NCBI GenBank assembly: GCA_964543425.1
Contig: CAZIYL010000002.1
Span: forward strand, 1 to 41,753
Reading direction: 5' to 3'
DNA from: an uncultured Deferribacteres bacterium
GTDB lineage: Bacteria; Zhuqueibacterota; JdFR-76; BMS3Abin05
Length of the DNA stretch: 41,753 bases
Under the pieces are notes generated by a model, which had not been told where the DNA came from, made no database searches, and saw only the letters and a list, made by a program, of their open reading frames with translations. This document shows positions 19,308 through 28,808 of this stretch, piece by piece. The translations under genes were made by a program, and so were the position numbers. Within the stretch, counting starts at the first letter, position 1; each line of letters opens with the position of its first letter.

Positions 19308-19340
19308 AATTTCCTCATTTTAATAAATTTTGGTGAAAAT

Positions 19341-20807
19341 TTGCTGGTAAATTACTTAAAACAGTTAGCCAGGCATTCAGCAATTTATGGTATTTCCAAT
19401 ATACTAAATAAAGCTCTTGCAATATTTCTGGTTCCGCTTTATGTTCACTACTTAAAAATTTATGAATATGGGAATTTGGACATTTTTTTTGTCACGCTAA
19501 ATTTCTTGATTCTTCTTTTCCCCGTCGGTCTGAATTCCGCTATTTTTGCATTTACTATTTCTAATGAGGGAAATGATCCCCGGGAAGTTTTCTCAAATGT
19601 AATGAATTTCGAATTTTTGTTTGCCGGTATCTTTAGCATAACACTTTTCCTTTTCAGTTCAAATATTTCCTATCTCATATTTAATAATAATCAGGGAACC
19701 TATTTTCTTAAAATCATATCGGCAGATGCATTTTTCTCTTGCCTGCGACTGACCCCTCTGGCAAGGTTGCGGGTTCAAAATAAATCAATAACCTATTCGC
19801 TGTTAAATACGTTAAAATTCCTGCTCAATTTGTTACTCAATATTTACTTGATTGTCATTGCAAATATGGGAATAGAAGGGATTTTATTAGCCGGTCTTTA
19901 TAGCTCCATTCTAACATCATTTGTTGCTATATGGGTTATTCGTAAAGATTTCATGCTTTTTAAAATATCGTGGAGTCTGTTAAGAAAAATGTTAACTTTT
20001 GGCATTCCGCTTGTGCCCTCTTCTGTTGCAAGCGCCATTTTAGCCATGTCAAATCGTTTTTTCCTAAAAAAAATTTCCACAGCTGAGCAGTTGGGTCTTT
20101 TTGCATTGGGCGTTAAATATGCGACCACAATTACTTTTCTAACAATGGCCTTTCAAACAGCTTGGCCGAGCTTTCTGTTTATGATAGCAAAAAGACAAGA
20201 CGCCAAGAATATCTATTCCAAATTTCTAACTTATTTTCTCTTTATTTTGTTTTTAATGTTTTTGGTGCTTTCTATACCTTCAAAAGAACTAATTGATTTG
20301 ATTTCGCCTTCGGAATTCCATCTGGCCTATAAAGTGGTTCCTTTCATTATCTTATCCCATATTTTTTATGGCGTTTACTATATGACATCCGTGGGTGTAA
20401 ACATCAAAAGAAAAACCCAATATATGCCATTCGTGGTAGGAACAGCAGCAGCAGTTAATTTAATATCGAATTATGTTCTTATTCCTCCCTATGGAATGAT
20501 GGGAGCTGCCTATGCATCTGTTATTTCATATTTTTTGTTGGCCATTTTAAGTACAAAACTCTCTCTACATTATTATCGCATTCAGTATGAATATGTCCGC
20601 CTTATAAAATTGGTACTGACAACGGCATTTTTGTATTTTCTGAGCCATTTTATCAAAATAGAAAGTTTTCTTCTTGAAATCGTTGCAAAAACTATACTTA
20701 TTCTCAGCTACCCGTTTGTGCTGTATGCCATAAATTTTTACCATAAAAAGGAAATAGATAATATAAGAAAAATGCTAAGGTTCAAAAAGAACCATCTAAC
20801 CATTTAG
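19341..20807 (+). CDS. wzx: Wzx-type oligosaccharide flippase (MOP superfamily)
   Basis: 488 aa and almost entirely hydrophobic, with about 12-14 TM segments. It lies in a glycan locus and is very AT-rich. TTG start. Confidence 0.78.
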   Translation: MLVNYLKQLARHSAIYGISNILNKALAIFLVPLYVHYLKIYEYGNLDIFFVTLNFLILLFPVGLNSAIFAFTISNEGNDPREVFSNVMNFEFLFAGIFSITLFLFSSNISYLIFNNNQGTYFLKIISADAFFSCLRLTPLARLRVQNKSITYSLLNTLKFLLNLLLNIYLIVIANMGIEGILLAGLYSSILTSFVAIWVIRKDFMLFKISWSLLRKMLTFGIPLVPSSVASAILAMSNRFFLKKISTAEQLGLFALGVKYATTITFLTMAFQTAWPSFLFMIAKRQDAKNIYSKFLTYFLFILFLMFLVLSIPSKELIDLISPSEFHLAYKVVPFIILSHIFYGVYYMTSVGVNIKRKTQYMPFVVGTAAAVNLISNYVLIPPYGMMGAAYASVISYFLLAILSTKLSLHYYRIQYEYVRLIKLVLTTAFLYFLSHFIKIESFLLEIVAKTILILSYPFVLYAINFYHKKEIDNIRKMLRFKKNHLTI

Positions 20808-20994
20808 TGCCTGAACAAAAAGGCCTTGCAAGCCTCTGATCTGTGACGATTAATTTGGCGGATTTTTTGTTTGTGATGGCAGACAAACATAAACAAGATG
20901 TTTACGTTACAGGTCTTAGGTATTTTCGCTCCGATACTGTCTAATTCATTTCTGTTATCTCTTGATATATTAATCATGATTAAGGGCATCTGAT

Positions 20995-21585
20995 ATGAAA
21001 AAATTGAACTTGGGCTGTGGAACAGACATAAAGGAACATTATATTAATTTGGATATTGTCCCTTTAAAAGGAGTTGATATTGTCGCAAATCTGTCATCTC
21101 CTCAATATCCTTTTAAAAGCAATACATTTGGAAAAATCCTAATGCACCATGTCTTGGAGCATTTGCCAAATGTTCTGGAAACCATGGAAGAATTGCATAG
21201 AATTTCGATATCCGGAGGTTCTATTATGATTTCTGTGCCCTATTGGAATAGCTATGGTGCGGTTGTAGACCCAACGCACAAATCCTTTTTCCACCATAAA
21301 ACATTCGACTATTTCGATCCCCGCACAAAACTTTGCCAAAGCAAAGGATTTTATACCCACGCAAGGTTTAAAATTGAACGCATCATTTATATCCATGAAT
21401 CCAAATTATTACAATTTTTGCAGAAATTGGTTCCCTTGAAAAACAAAAGTGGCAACTATAAAATCCCCGGTCAATTTAGGGTAAAAGGCAAATTCCCCAA
21501 ATGGGTTCTTGAACAATTTGCTTTTTATTTTTGCAATATGATTAACTCCATGGAAATTCATTTAATCGTTTTAAAAACAAATTAA
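20995..21585 (+). CDS. Class I SAM-dependent methyltransferase
   Basis: Motif I LNLGCG, then HHVLEHL and GGSIMISVP, typical of Methyltransf_11/23-type enzymes. Confidence 0.78.
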   Translation: MKKLNLGCGTDIKEHYINLDIVPLKGVDIVANLSSPQYPFKSNTFGKILMHHVLEHLPNVLETMEELHRISISGGSIMISVPYWNSYGAVVDPTHKSFFHHKTFDYFDPRTKLCQSKGFYTHARFKIERIIYIHESKLLQFLQKLVPLKNKSGNYKIPGQFRVKGKFPKWVLEQFAFYFCNMINSMEIHLIVLKTN

Positions 21586-21741
21586 TAATTTTTCTAATAT
21601 TTGAATTCTTTCCTTGATTTTTTTTCTGGAATTGCGTACTATTGAAATATGCCATAAAGTCTCAACGACACAAAAACTTGTTTGAGTCTTTTTGCCTTTG
21701 TGGTGGTTTTTTCTTTAAAAATATTGATTTGGAGAACGTTC

Positions 21742-24240
21742 ATGGCTCAAAAATCAAAACGAAAAAAATCTCATAAAAAAGCGGCTGCAAAATCCATTGA
21801 AAAGCCCTCTTCGTCCTGGGCGGATTATTTCGAAAAACACCCCAATATTCTGCCACTCACCCTGATGTTTGTGCTGCTCGTAATATTTTATAACCAGGTT
21901 ATTTTCGGCGGGAAAACATTGATGCCGCCGGATGCGCTGGCGTCCAAAAGCGTGCAGCCATTTCTGAAGGATGCCTTCCGCCACCATATTTACCCGCTGT
22001 GGAATCCCTACATCTTCAGCGGGATGCCGTCATTTGCCAGTCTCTCCAGCGCGCCGTTCGTGGATTTGTTGGGCGATGTCATTAACGCCTTCATCTGGCT
22101 TTTTAAGCTCATTTTTCCGCTGCCGGATTTTACCCGTATTTTGCTCAATCTGTTTCTGTTCGGCATTTTTATGTACATTCTGATGAAAAAACACACAGGT
22201 CTGGCTTTCGTAGCACTTTTTTCATCTGTAATTATGCTTTTTCAGCCTCAGGTGGTAGCGTACCCGGCCTTTGGGCACAACACCAAACTCCTCACGGCCA
22301 GCCTCATTCCTCTGATTTATCTAATAACGGAGGAACTGCTGGAAACCCGCAAGATTCTTTATTTGGGTTTGCTGGGATTGGCCATTGGTCTGCAATTGCT
22401 ACGGGCACACGTGCAAATTGCCTACTACACATTTCTGATGGTGGGTCTTTTTTATCTCTACTGGGCTATTGAAAAGATCATTCAAAAAAAGGATTGGAAG
22501 GGAGTTGTAACCTCCGGAGTTTTATTGGCTGTGGCGGTGGGTCTGGGAATGGCTGTCTCGGCGTGGCTGAATCTTTCTGTTTACGAATATTCCAATTATT
22601 CCATTCGCGGAGGAACCGGAGGCGGACTCAGCTACGCTTACGCCACAAGCTGGTCGTTTTCGCCGCTGGAAATTCTGACGTTTTTCATTCCTTCTTTCGT
22701 GGGATTTGGCGGCCAGACCTACTGGGGACACATGCCATTTACCGATTTCCCCCTTTACATGGGTCTCATTCCCTTAATCTTGGTTGGATTTGCTTTTCTC
22801 CTCAAACCGGGGCGTACCACCTGGTTCCTTGGAATTCTGGGCGTGTTGGCGCTTTTCGCTTCCTTCGGCAAAGAATTGCCGATTCTCTATGGACCAATGT
22901 TTAAAATTTTGCCCTTTTTTAACAAATTTCGCGCTCCGAACACAATTTTAATTTTACTCCAATTTTCTGTTGCCGTTCTGGCCGGCGTAGGCCTCGTAGC
23001 CCTGCTCAAATTAAATCTCGAGAAATTGGACAAATCTACACTGAAAAAGCTTCAAAATTACCTTTACGGATTCGGCGGATTTCTATTACTGCTATTTCTT
23101 TACCTGCTCGTGGCCAAGAGTTCGCTGCTTGGCAGCATCGCCGCTTCAGGCAAAATCAACAACCCGGCTCTTCAGGAACGCGCCTACAAAATGGCCGTCA
23201 ACGACGGGGTGAAAGCGCTGGCTCTGTTTATTTTTGCCTTTGGTTTGATCTGGCTTTACCTGAAAAAATCCATTCAAGGCGGAGCGCTAATGTGGGGGCT
23301 TTTTATTTTGCTCATTATTGATTTGTGGGCGGTTGATTTCAAGATCATTCATCCGCAGCCAAAGGCCAGCGAGAAAAACTTTTTTGCTGCAACAGAGGCG
23401 GTTAATTTTCTTAAGAAGGATGCTTCGCTGTATCGAATTATGCCAGTGCTTGACGATAAACCGGCTAATTGGTACATGTACCATCTCATTCAAAACATGT
23501 ACGGCTACCAGGCAGCCAAAATTAAAATTTATCAGAAGATGCTGACGGAATCGGGTCTTCCCCGGAGTTTTTTCATGAAATACGTTAAACCTGTTATGCA
23601 AAACGGACGTCAGGGAATGGCTTACCGAACACCCCAGGAAATGGATTTAAAAGAATGGCATTTTCACAAGGTTTTGCTGGACCTGCTCAACGTGAAGTAC
23701 ATTCTTTCGCCATATCCGGTTCCCGACAATGTTTACCCCGTTGTTTTTAAAGGAAAACGGAAAAAGGTACTTGAAAATAAGGATGTTCTGCCACGCGCCT
23801 TTTTTGCCGACAGTGTGGAAGTCCGGCACGGGAAAAATGCCATTTTTAAACGCATCAAACAATTGGATTTTGACCCTCACAAGGAGGCGATTCTTGAAGA
23901 AAAACCGCCTTTCACGATAGAGCCGTCCACTGACAATCATGTTGAAATAACCAAATACACAATTCAGCGAATTGATTTGAAGGCTTCCGTTACACAACCC
24001 GCTCTTCTGATTTTGAGCGAAGTGTACTACCCGGCCGGTTGGAAAGCCTTTGTGGATGGAAATCCAACGAAGATTTACAAAACCGATTATATCCTTCGAT
24101 CAATTTTCTTAAAACCGGGCAACCACACGATTCGATTGGTATTCAAACCCAAGAGCTTTAAACTGGGATTGATTATTACAGTGATCTCACTGATTGTTCT
24201 TTTCGGATTAATTTGGGTCGGCTGGAAAAAGAACGCCTGA
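21742..24240 (+). CDS. YfhO-family integral membrane protein (GT-C-like extracytoplasmic glycosyltransferase candidate)
   Basis: ATG 21742 follows GGAG at 21731. Long multi-TM N-terminal part, a soluble C-terminal domain with YYPAGWKAFVDG, and a final TM anchor. This is the YfhO architecture. Confidence 0.78.
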   Translation: MAQKSKRKKSHKKAAAKSIEKPSSSWADYFEKHPNILPLTLMFVLLVIFYNQVIFGGKTLMPPDALASKSVQPFLKDAFRHHIYPLWNPYIFSGMPSFASLSSAPFVDLLGDVINAFIWLFKLIFPLPDFTRILLNLFLFGIFMYILMKKHTGLAFVALFSSVIMLFQPQVVAYPAFGHNTKLLTASLIPLIYLITEELLETRKILYLGLLGLAIGLQLLRAHVQIAYYTFLMVGLFYLYWAIEKIIQKKDWKGVVTSGVLLAVAVGLGMAVSAWLNLSVYEYSNYSIRGGTGGGLSYAYATSWSFSPLEILTFFIPSFVGFGGQTYWGHMPFTDFPLYMGLIPLILVGFAFLLKPGRTTWFLGILGVLALFASFGKELPILYGPMFKILPFFNKFRAPNTILILLQFSVAVLAGVGLVALLKLNLEKLDKSTLKKLQNYLYGFGGFLLLLFLYLLVAKSSLLGSIAASGKINNPALQERAYKMAVNDGVKALALFIFAFGLIWLYLKKSIQGGALMWGLFILLIIDLWAVDFKIIHPQPKASEKNFFAATEAVNFLKKDASLYRIMPVLDDKPANWYMYHLIQNMYGYQAAKIKIYQKMLTESGLPRSFFMKYVKPVMQNGRQGMAYRTPQEMDLKEWHFHKVLLDLLNVKYILSPYPVPDNVYPVVFKGKRKKVLENKDVLPRAFFADSVEVRHGKNAIFKRIKQLDFDPHKEAILEEKPPFTIEPSTDNHVEITKYTIQRIDLKASVTQPALLILSEVYYPAGWKAFVDGNPTKIYKTDYILRSIFLKPGNHTIRLVFKPKSFKLGLIITVISLIVLFGLIWVGWKKNA

Positions 24241-24352
24241 GGGTGCTGAAATGCCCCGGGGCCGAACGCCATTCATGGTGCTTTCTATTCCTGTAATTTA
24301 CTGCGGGACGCACTCTGCAAAAAAATAGAGCCGTCAATACCGAATTGGAAAA

Positions 24353-24380
24353 AGCATCCAAATTTTGGTGCTGTTTTTTT
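24353..24380. terminator. Bidirectional intrinsic terminator between yfhO-like (+) and a small convergent ORF (-)
   Basis: Hairpin agcatc..gatgct-type (agcatccaaattttggtgct), followed by gttttttt on the + strand and by ttttcc on the - strand. Confidence 0.6.
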
Positions 24381-24437
24381 GAGAAGAAAAAACTCAATCT
24401 CTTTGGAATTCTAAAAAGCAAATTTTTTTCGACGCCA

Positions 24438-24716
24438 TTACACGTGCAGAAATCTGGCGCCCGCTTTACGGGTAGACCGAGGTGCGTCCAGAATAAAGCC
24501 GGTGCATTCCGTGTCGGGGCAGGCTCTGCACACAAACTGCCAGCCATCGGCCTGACGTGTAAATTGAATATCTAAATTTTCCAGAATAGCAAAATTTTTC
24601 TTGCGAAACGGACACATTACTGCAAGCTCTTCCATCAGTTCCTGAACCTCTTTTGGCGCATCTTGAAACGATACGATTTGTCCTTTGCGGTAATTTTTTC
24701 TGCTCATTTTGCTCAA
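24438..24716 (-). CDS. Hypothetical small protein (92 aa) with a Cys cluster (C-x2-C-x4-C)
   Basis: This is the only protein-like frame in the 736-nt gap. It converges on the bidirectional terminator. No family was recognised. Confidence 0.35.
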   Translation of the reverse strand: MSKMSRKNYRKGQIVSFQDAPKEVQELMEELAVMCPFRKKNFAILENLDIQFTRQADGWQFVCRACPDTECTGFILDAPRSTRKAGARFLHV

Positions 24717-24976
24717 AGATAATTATCCAATGGCATGACTGCTGCCTTAACAAACGATGGATGTAAAAAACGCACCCCTCGAAACGGGATTCTTTTGGAA
24801 GCGTGCTGTGGCTGATACCGCTTAAATCACAAATATCGTACCAAAAATCCAAATATTCAAAAACGCTAACGTATTGTTAAATAGACATTGAGGAAGTCCT
24901 GACTTTTTGGCATCTCTGCTTTTTTGTTATTAAATAATACGGTGTTCCGAAATGAAAATAACAGGGGAAATGTACC

Positions 24977-27361
24977 GTGAAAGAACCGGCTGTTGTTGTT
25001 TTCTTGAATTTTGGCCTCGGAATCATTTTAGGACATTTTTTCCACATATCGATTTCGCCTGTTCCGGCAGGAATCGCGGCTTCTCTTCTTCTTATTACAC
25101 TCATTGTCAGCATCGGTTTTAATCGCACACACACGATTACCGGATTGCTCGCCAGTCTTTTGCTGGGATTTCTTTGGGTAGGTTCTGCGCAAAATCATTT
25201 TCAAAAACAATCAGCCTCGCTTTCTCCCAAAATTAAAAACCCTGTCGGTTTGATTGGGGTGCTGTCCTCCTCGCCCGAGATTCAGCACGATCAAATCAGG
25301 TGGATTTTTAAATCCGACTATATTCTAACTCAGGATTCAACTTTGCCCGTCCGGGCGAAACTTCTTGTCTCGTCAAAAGATACAACGCTCCGGGTGAAAA
25401 TTGGCCAGCGTGTTTTCCTTCGCGGTTACATCAGTCAGCCGTCCGGTAAGCGAAATCCGGGAGGGTTCGATTATCGGGCCTATCTCGCCCGCCGAAATAT
25501 TTCCGCACGTTTCTACCTGAAGCAAGGAGAACCGCTAAAACTCCTTTCGTCAAATCACGGGACATTCTTTCAAATTCGTCTGATTGCTTCTCTGCGAAAT
25601 GTCTTTTCTCAACAGATTACACATCATCTCGGCCAAACAGAAGAAGCCTTCTTATTAAAAGGCTTGCTGCTGGGTCAGCGCGGCCAAATAGACCCGGAAA
25701 TTCAGCGGCGCTTCGCCAGAACCGGTGTCATTCACGTGCTGGCCGTTTCAGGGCTTCACGTGGGATTTATTCTTCTTCTGCTGATGGGGCTATTTTCCAT
25801 TCTTCGGCTTCCGGAAATCCCCCGTACGATTCTGCTTATTTTGGCGCTCATCATCTACGCCGCCCTCACCGGAGGCAAGCCGCCGGTTGTTCGAGCCAGT
25901 TTGATGGCGGCCATCATTTTGCTCGGCTATCTGTTCCAGCGCCGGGCCAACGTGGTGAACAGTCTGGCTGTTGCTGCCCTTATTCTTCTTATGATCAATC
26001 CGTTCATGCTTTTCGATGCCGGCTTCCAATTGTCATTTCTGGCCGTTTTGGGAATCGTTCTGTTTTACAATCGAATTCTGAATTTTTTCCAATTTTCTCC
26101 ACAAAACGCCCTTCAACGCTTTCTCAAAATGAAACTCCTTCCGCTTCTGATTGTTTCGTTCGCTGCACAATTGGGAACACTCCCTTTGACACTTTATTAT
26201 TTTCATCGATTGCCCACTTACGCCCTTCTGGCCAATCTTGTGGTAATTCCGCTGGTTTTTGTAATTGTTGCCCTGGGATTCGCATTGATCACGCTGGGGC
26301 CGCTCTGGCCGTTTCTCGGAAATCTGTTGGCTTGGCCTGTTAAAATTCTTCTTGCATTTCTTATTCATTTTGTGACCTTCTTTAGCAGCTTACCCGGCAG
26401 CGCCGTTGAATCGTTTGGGCATCTTTCTTTATGGTACTTGCTGACCTATTTTATTTTGCTGGGAATTCTTTGGTTTGCCAACAATCCCCGGCGCGTACGC
26501 CAATTGGCACTTGGAATGATTTTTCTCCTCATTCTCTGGTACGGCACCGACGTCGTATCACACCTGCAGCCGACACTTAAAGTAACATTTCTGGATGTGG
26601 GACAAGGTGACGGAAGCGTTGTGGAATTCCCGGACGGTCAATTCCTGACGATTGACGCAGGCCCCAGAACGGAATCCTTTGATTCCGGAGAACGAATCGT
26701 TTTCCCTTTTCTGCGGTACGACGGCGGCCGGCGCCTCGATGTGATGATGATTAGTCACCACCATGAAGACCACGTGGGCGGCGCACCCTATTTGCTGGCG
26801 CATTTGCCGGTCGAAGAGGTCTGGGATAATGGAGACAGTCTGGCAGAACCGATTTACCAGCTCTACCGAAGCATCATCGGCAGAAAGCAGATTCCGCTTC
26901 GGGCTGTTTCTGCCGGTTTCCACAGGCTTGATTGGCACGGAGCTTCCATCTGGATTTTTTACCCGCTAAACCCCTCACACAAAACCGGGCAGGCAGATCC
27001 GTCAGATAACGAGAACAATCATTCTGTTGTGGTAAAAATCTGTTTTGGAAATCGATCGTTTTTGTTCACAGGCGATATTGAGCGCCCTGTGGAAGAAAAA
27101 CTGCTCCAGTTCGGAGCGCTTCTTAAATCGGATGTACTAAAAGTACCGCACCATGGGAGTAAAACCTCCAGCACCTTGGAATTCCTGCAAACCGTTCATC
27201 CCCATTACGCGGTTATTTCTGTGGGTGCCCACAATCGCTTTCATCAGCCCTCTGAGGAAGTGCTTCAGCGATTGAAACAACTGAACATTCAGACTTTTCG
27301 AACGGATAAAGAAGGAGCAATTGTTTTTTGCACCGATGGAAAACAATTAAAAAAAATGTAA
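24977..27361 (+). CDS. comEC: ComEC/Rec2 DNA-uptake channel protein with C-terminal metallo-beta-lactamase domain
   Basis: GTG start. Multi-TM competence domain. C-terminal MBL motif ISHHHEDHVGG (HxHxDH) and VPHHGS. Confidence 0.9.
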   Translation: MKEPAVVVFLNFGLGIILGHFFHISISPVPAGIAASLLLITLIVSIGFNRTHTITGLLASLLLGFLWVGSAQNHFQKQSASLSPKIKNPVGLIGVLSSSPEIQHDQIRWIFKSDYILTQDSTLPVRAKLLVSSKDTTLRVKIGQRVFLRGYISQPSGKRNPGGFDYRAYLARRNISARFYLKQGEPLKLLSSNHGTFFQIRLIASLRNVFSQQITHHLGQTEEAFLLKGLLLGQRGQIDPEIQRRFARTGVIHVLAVSGLHVGFILLLLMGLFSILRLPEIPRTILLILALIIYAALTGGKPPVVRASLMAAIILLGYLFQRRANVVNSLAVAALILLMINPFMLFDAGFQLSFLAVLGIVLFYNRILNFFQFSPQNALQRFLKMKLLPLLIVSFAAQLGTLPLTLYYFHRLPTYALLANLVVIPLVFVIVALGFALITLGPLWPFLGNLLAWPVKILLAFLIHFVTFFSSLPGSAVESFGHLSLWYLLTYFILLGILWFANNPRRVRQLALGMIFLLILWYGTDVVSHLQPTLKVTFLDVGQGDGSVVEFPDGQFLTIDAGPRTESFDSGERIVFPFLRYDGGRRLDVMMISHHHEDHVGGAPYLLAHLPVEEVWDNGDSLAEPIYQLYRSIIGRKQIPLRAVSAGFHRLDWHGASIWIFYPLNPSHKTGQADPSDNENNHSVVVKICFGNRSFLFTGDIERPVEEKLLQFGALLKSDVLKVPHHGSKTSSTLEFLQTVHPHYAVISVGAHNRFHQPSEEVLQRLKQLNIQTFRTDKEGAIVFCTDGKQLKKM

Positions 27362-27507
27362 TCGATCAAATAATAAAATCGCCTTCGTGGTTATTTTAAC
27401 TTGATTGAAGAGAAAAAAATGATTATTTTTATTAGAATTTGAATAAAACGATTCAGGGCCATACGTGAAAATCTCGTGTAGCAAAAATTTCAGAAAGGAG
27501 ATTAACC

Positions 27508-28785
27508 GTGAGTACGCAGCAGAGAAAATTGGGAATCATTGTTGGTGGCGGTCCCGCCCCGGGCATTAATGGTGTGATTGGCGCCGCAACAATCGAAGCC
27601 AGAAATCAGGGAATGGAAGTGATTGGGATTTTAGGGGGGTACTATTGGTTTGCAAGGGGAGATTACACGCACATCCAAAAACTTGAAATCGAGGATGTCT
27701 CCAGAATCCACTTTACCGGTGGCTCCATTTTACGCACCTCCCGCGAAAATCCCACCAAAAGCAAACAGAGCATGGACAATGTTATTCGGGGATTTATGCA
27801 ATTGGGCATTACGGATTTAATTACAATCGGGGGAGACGACACGGCTTTTTCTGCCAGCAGAGTGGCTAAAGCGGTAAAGGGGAAAATCCGAGTGGCTCAC
27901 GTACCCAAAACCATCGACAATGACTTGCCGCTGCCGGGCAATATTCCTACTTTCGGGTTCCAAACTGCGCGGCACGTAGGTGTTTCCATTGTTCACAATT
28001 TAATGGAAGATTCCAGAACTACAAACCGCTGGTACATTGTGGTTGCCATGGGACGAAAGGCCGGGCACCTGGCTCTTGGTATCGGGAAGGCGGCCGGTGT
28101 TACGAATGTGATTATCGGTGAGGAATTTCCGGAAGAAACCATTGCCATTAAAAAGGTTTGCGATATTATTGAGGGCTCCATTCTGAAGCGGCGCGTCATG
28201 GGGCGGCAGGATGGTGTGGTTGTTCTGGCCGAAGGCATTGCCGAAAAGCTGGATGTGAAGGAATTGCAAACCATCGAGGGCATGCGAATCGACTATGATG
28301 ATTACGGGCACATTCGTCTCGCTGAAATTGACCTTGGAAGAATTATTAAATACGAATTAGAGCGCCGCTTTCAACAACGCGGCGAAAAATTTCGAACGGT
28401 TGCCAGCAATATCGGCTACGAGCTGCGCTCGGCTCCACCGATTCCGTTCGACTGCGAATATGTTCGAGACTTGGGTTACAGCGCCATTAAATTCCTAATG
28501 AACGATGAGTTGGCAGCCAAAGCACCTAACGGAGCTCTTATTTACGTGGATGCCGGAAAACTCATTCCCATTCCGTTTGAAGATATTCTTGATGAAAAAA
28601 CCGGCAAAATGTCGGTGCGATTGGTCAATGTGAAAACCGATTCCTACGCGGTGGCACGCGAGTATATGATTCGCTTGACTAAAAAGGATTTTGAGAGTCC
28701 TGAAATGCTACAAAAATTGGCCGATGCAGGCAAGATGACCGTGCCTGAATTTAAGGAGCAATTTCGCTATCTTGTTGAGGATTGA
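27508..28785 (+). CDS. pfp: 6-phosphofructokinase, predicted pyrophosphate-dependent (PPi-PFK)
   Basis: AAAGGAG RBS and GTG start. GGGPAPGINGVI. GGDDT where ATP-PFKs have GGDGS. PKTIDND where ATP-PFKs have PGTIDND. Confidence 0.88.
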   Translation: MSTQQRKLGIIVGGGPAPGINGVIGAATIEARNQGMEVIGILGGYYWFARGDYTHIQKLEIEDVSRIHFTGGSILRTSRENPTKSKQSMDNVIRGFMQLGITDLITIGGDDTAFSASRVAKAVKGKIRVAHVPKTIDNDLPLPGNIPTFGFQTARHVGVSIVHNLMEDSRTTNRWYIVVAMGRKAGHLALGIGKAAGVTNVIIGEEFPEETIAIKKVCDIIEGSILKRRVMGRQDGVVVLAEGIAEKLDVKELQTIEGMRIDYDDYGHIRLAEIDLGRIIKYELERRFQQRGEKFRTVASNIGYELRSAPPIPFDCEYVRDLGYSAIKFLMNDELAAKAPNGALIYVDAGKLIPIPFEDILDEKTGKMSVRLVNVKTDSYAVAREYMIRLTKKDFESPEMLQKLADAGKMTVPEFKEQFRYLVED

Positions 28786-28808
28786 TTTCTTCAAAAAAAG
28801 GACAAACA

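Noticed and set aside
20804-20989. 61-aa minus-strand ORF between wzx and the methyltransferase
   Set aside because: It fills an AT-rich intergenic spacer, has no RBS and no motifs, and opposes the orientation of the whole operon.
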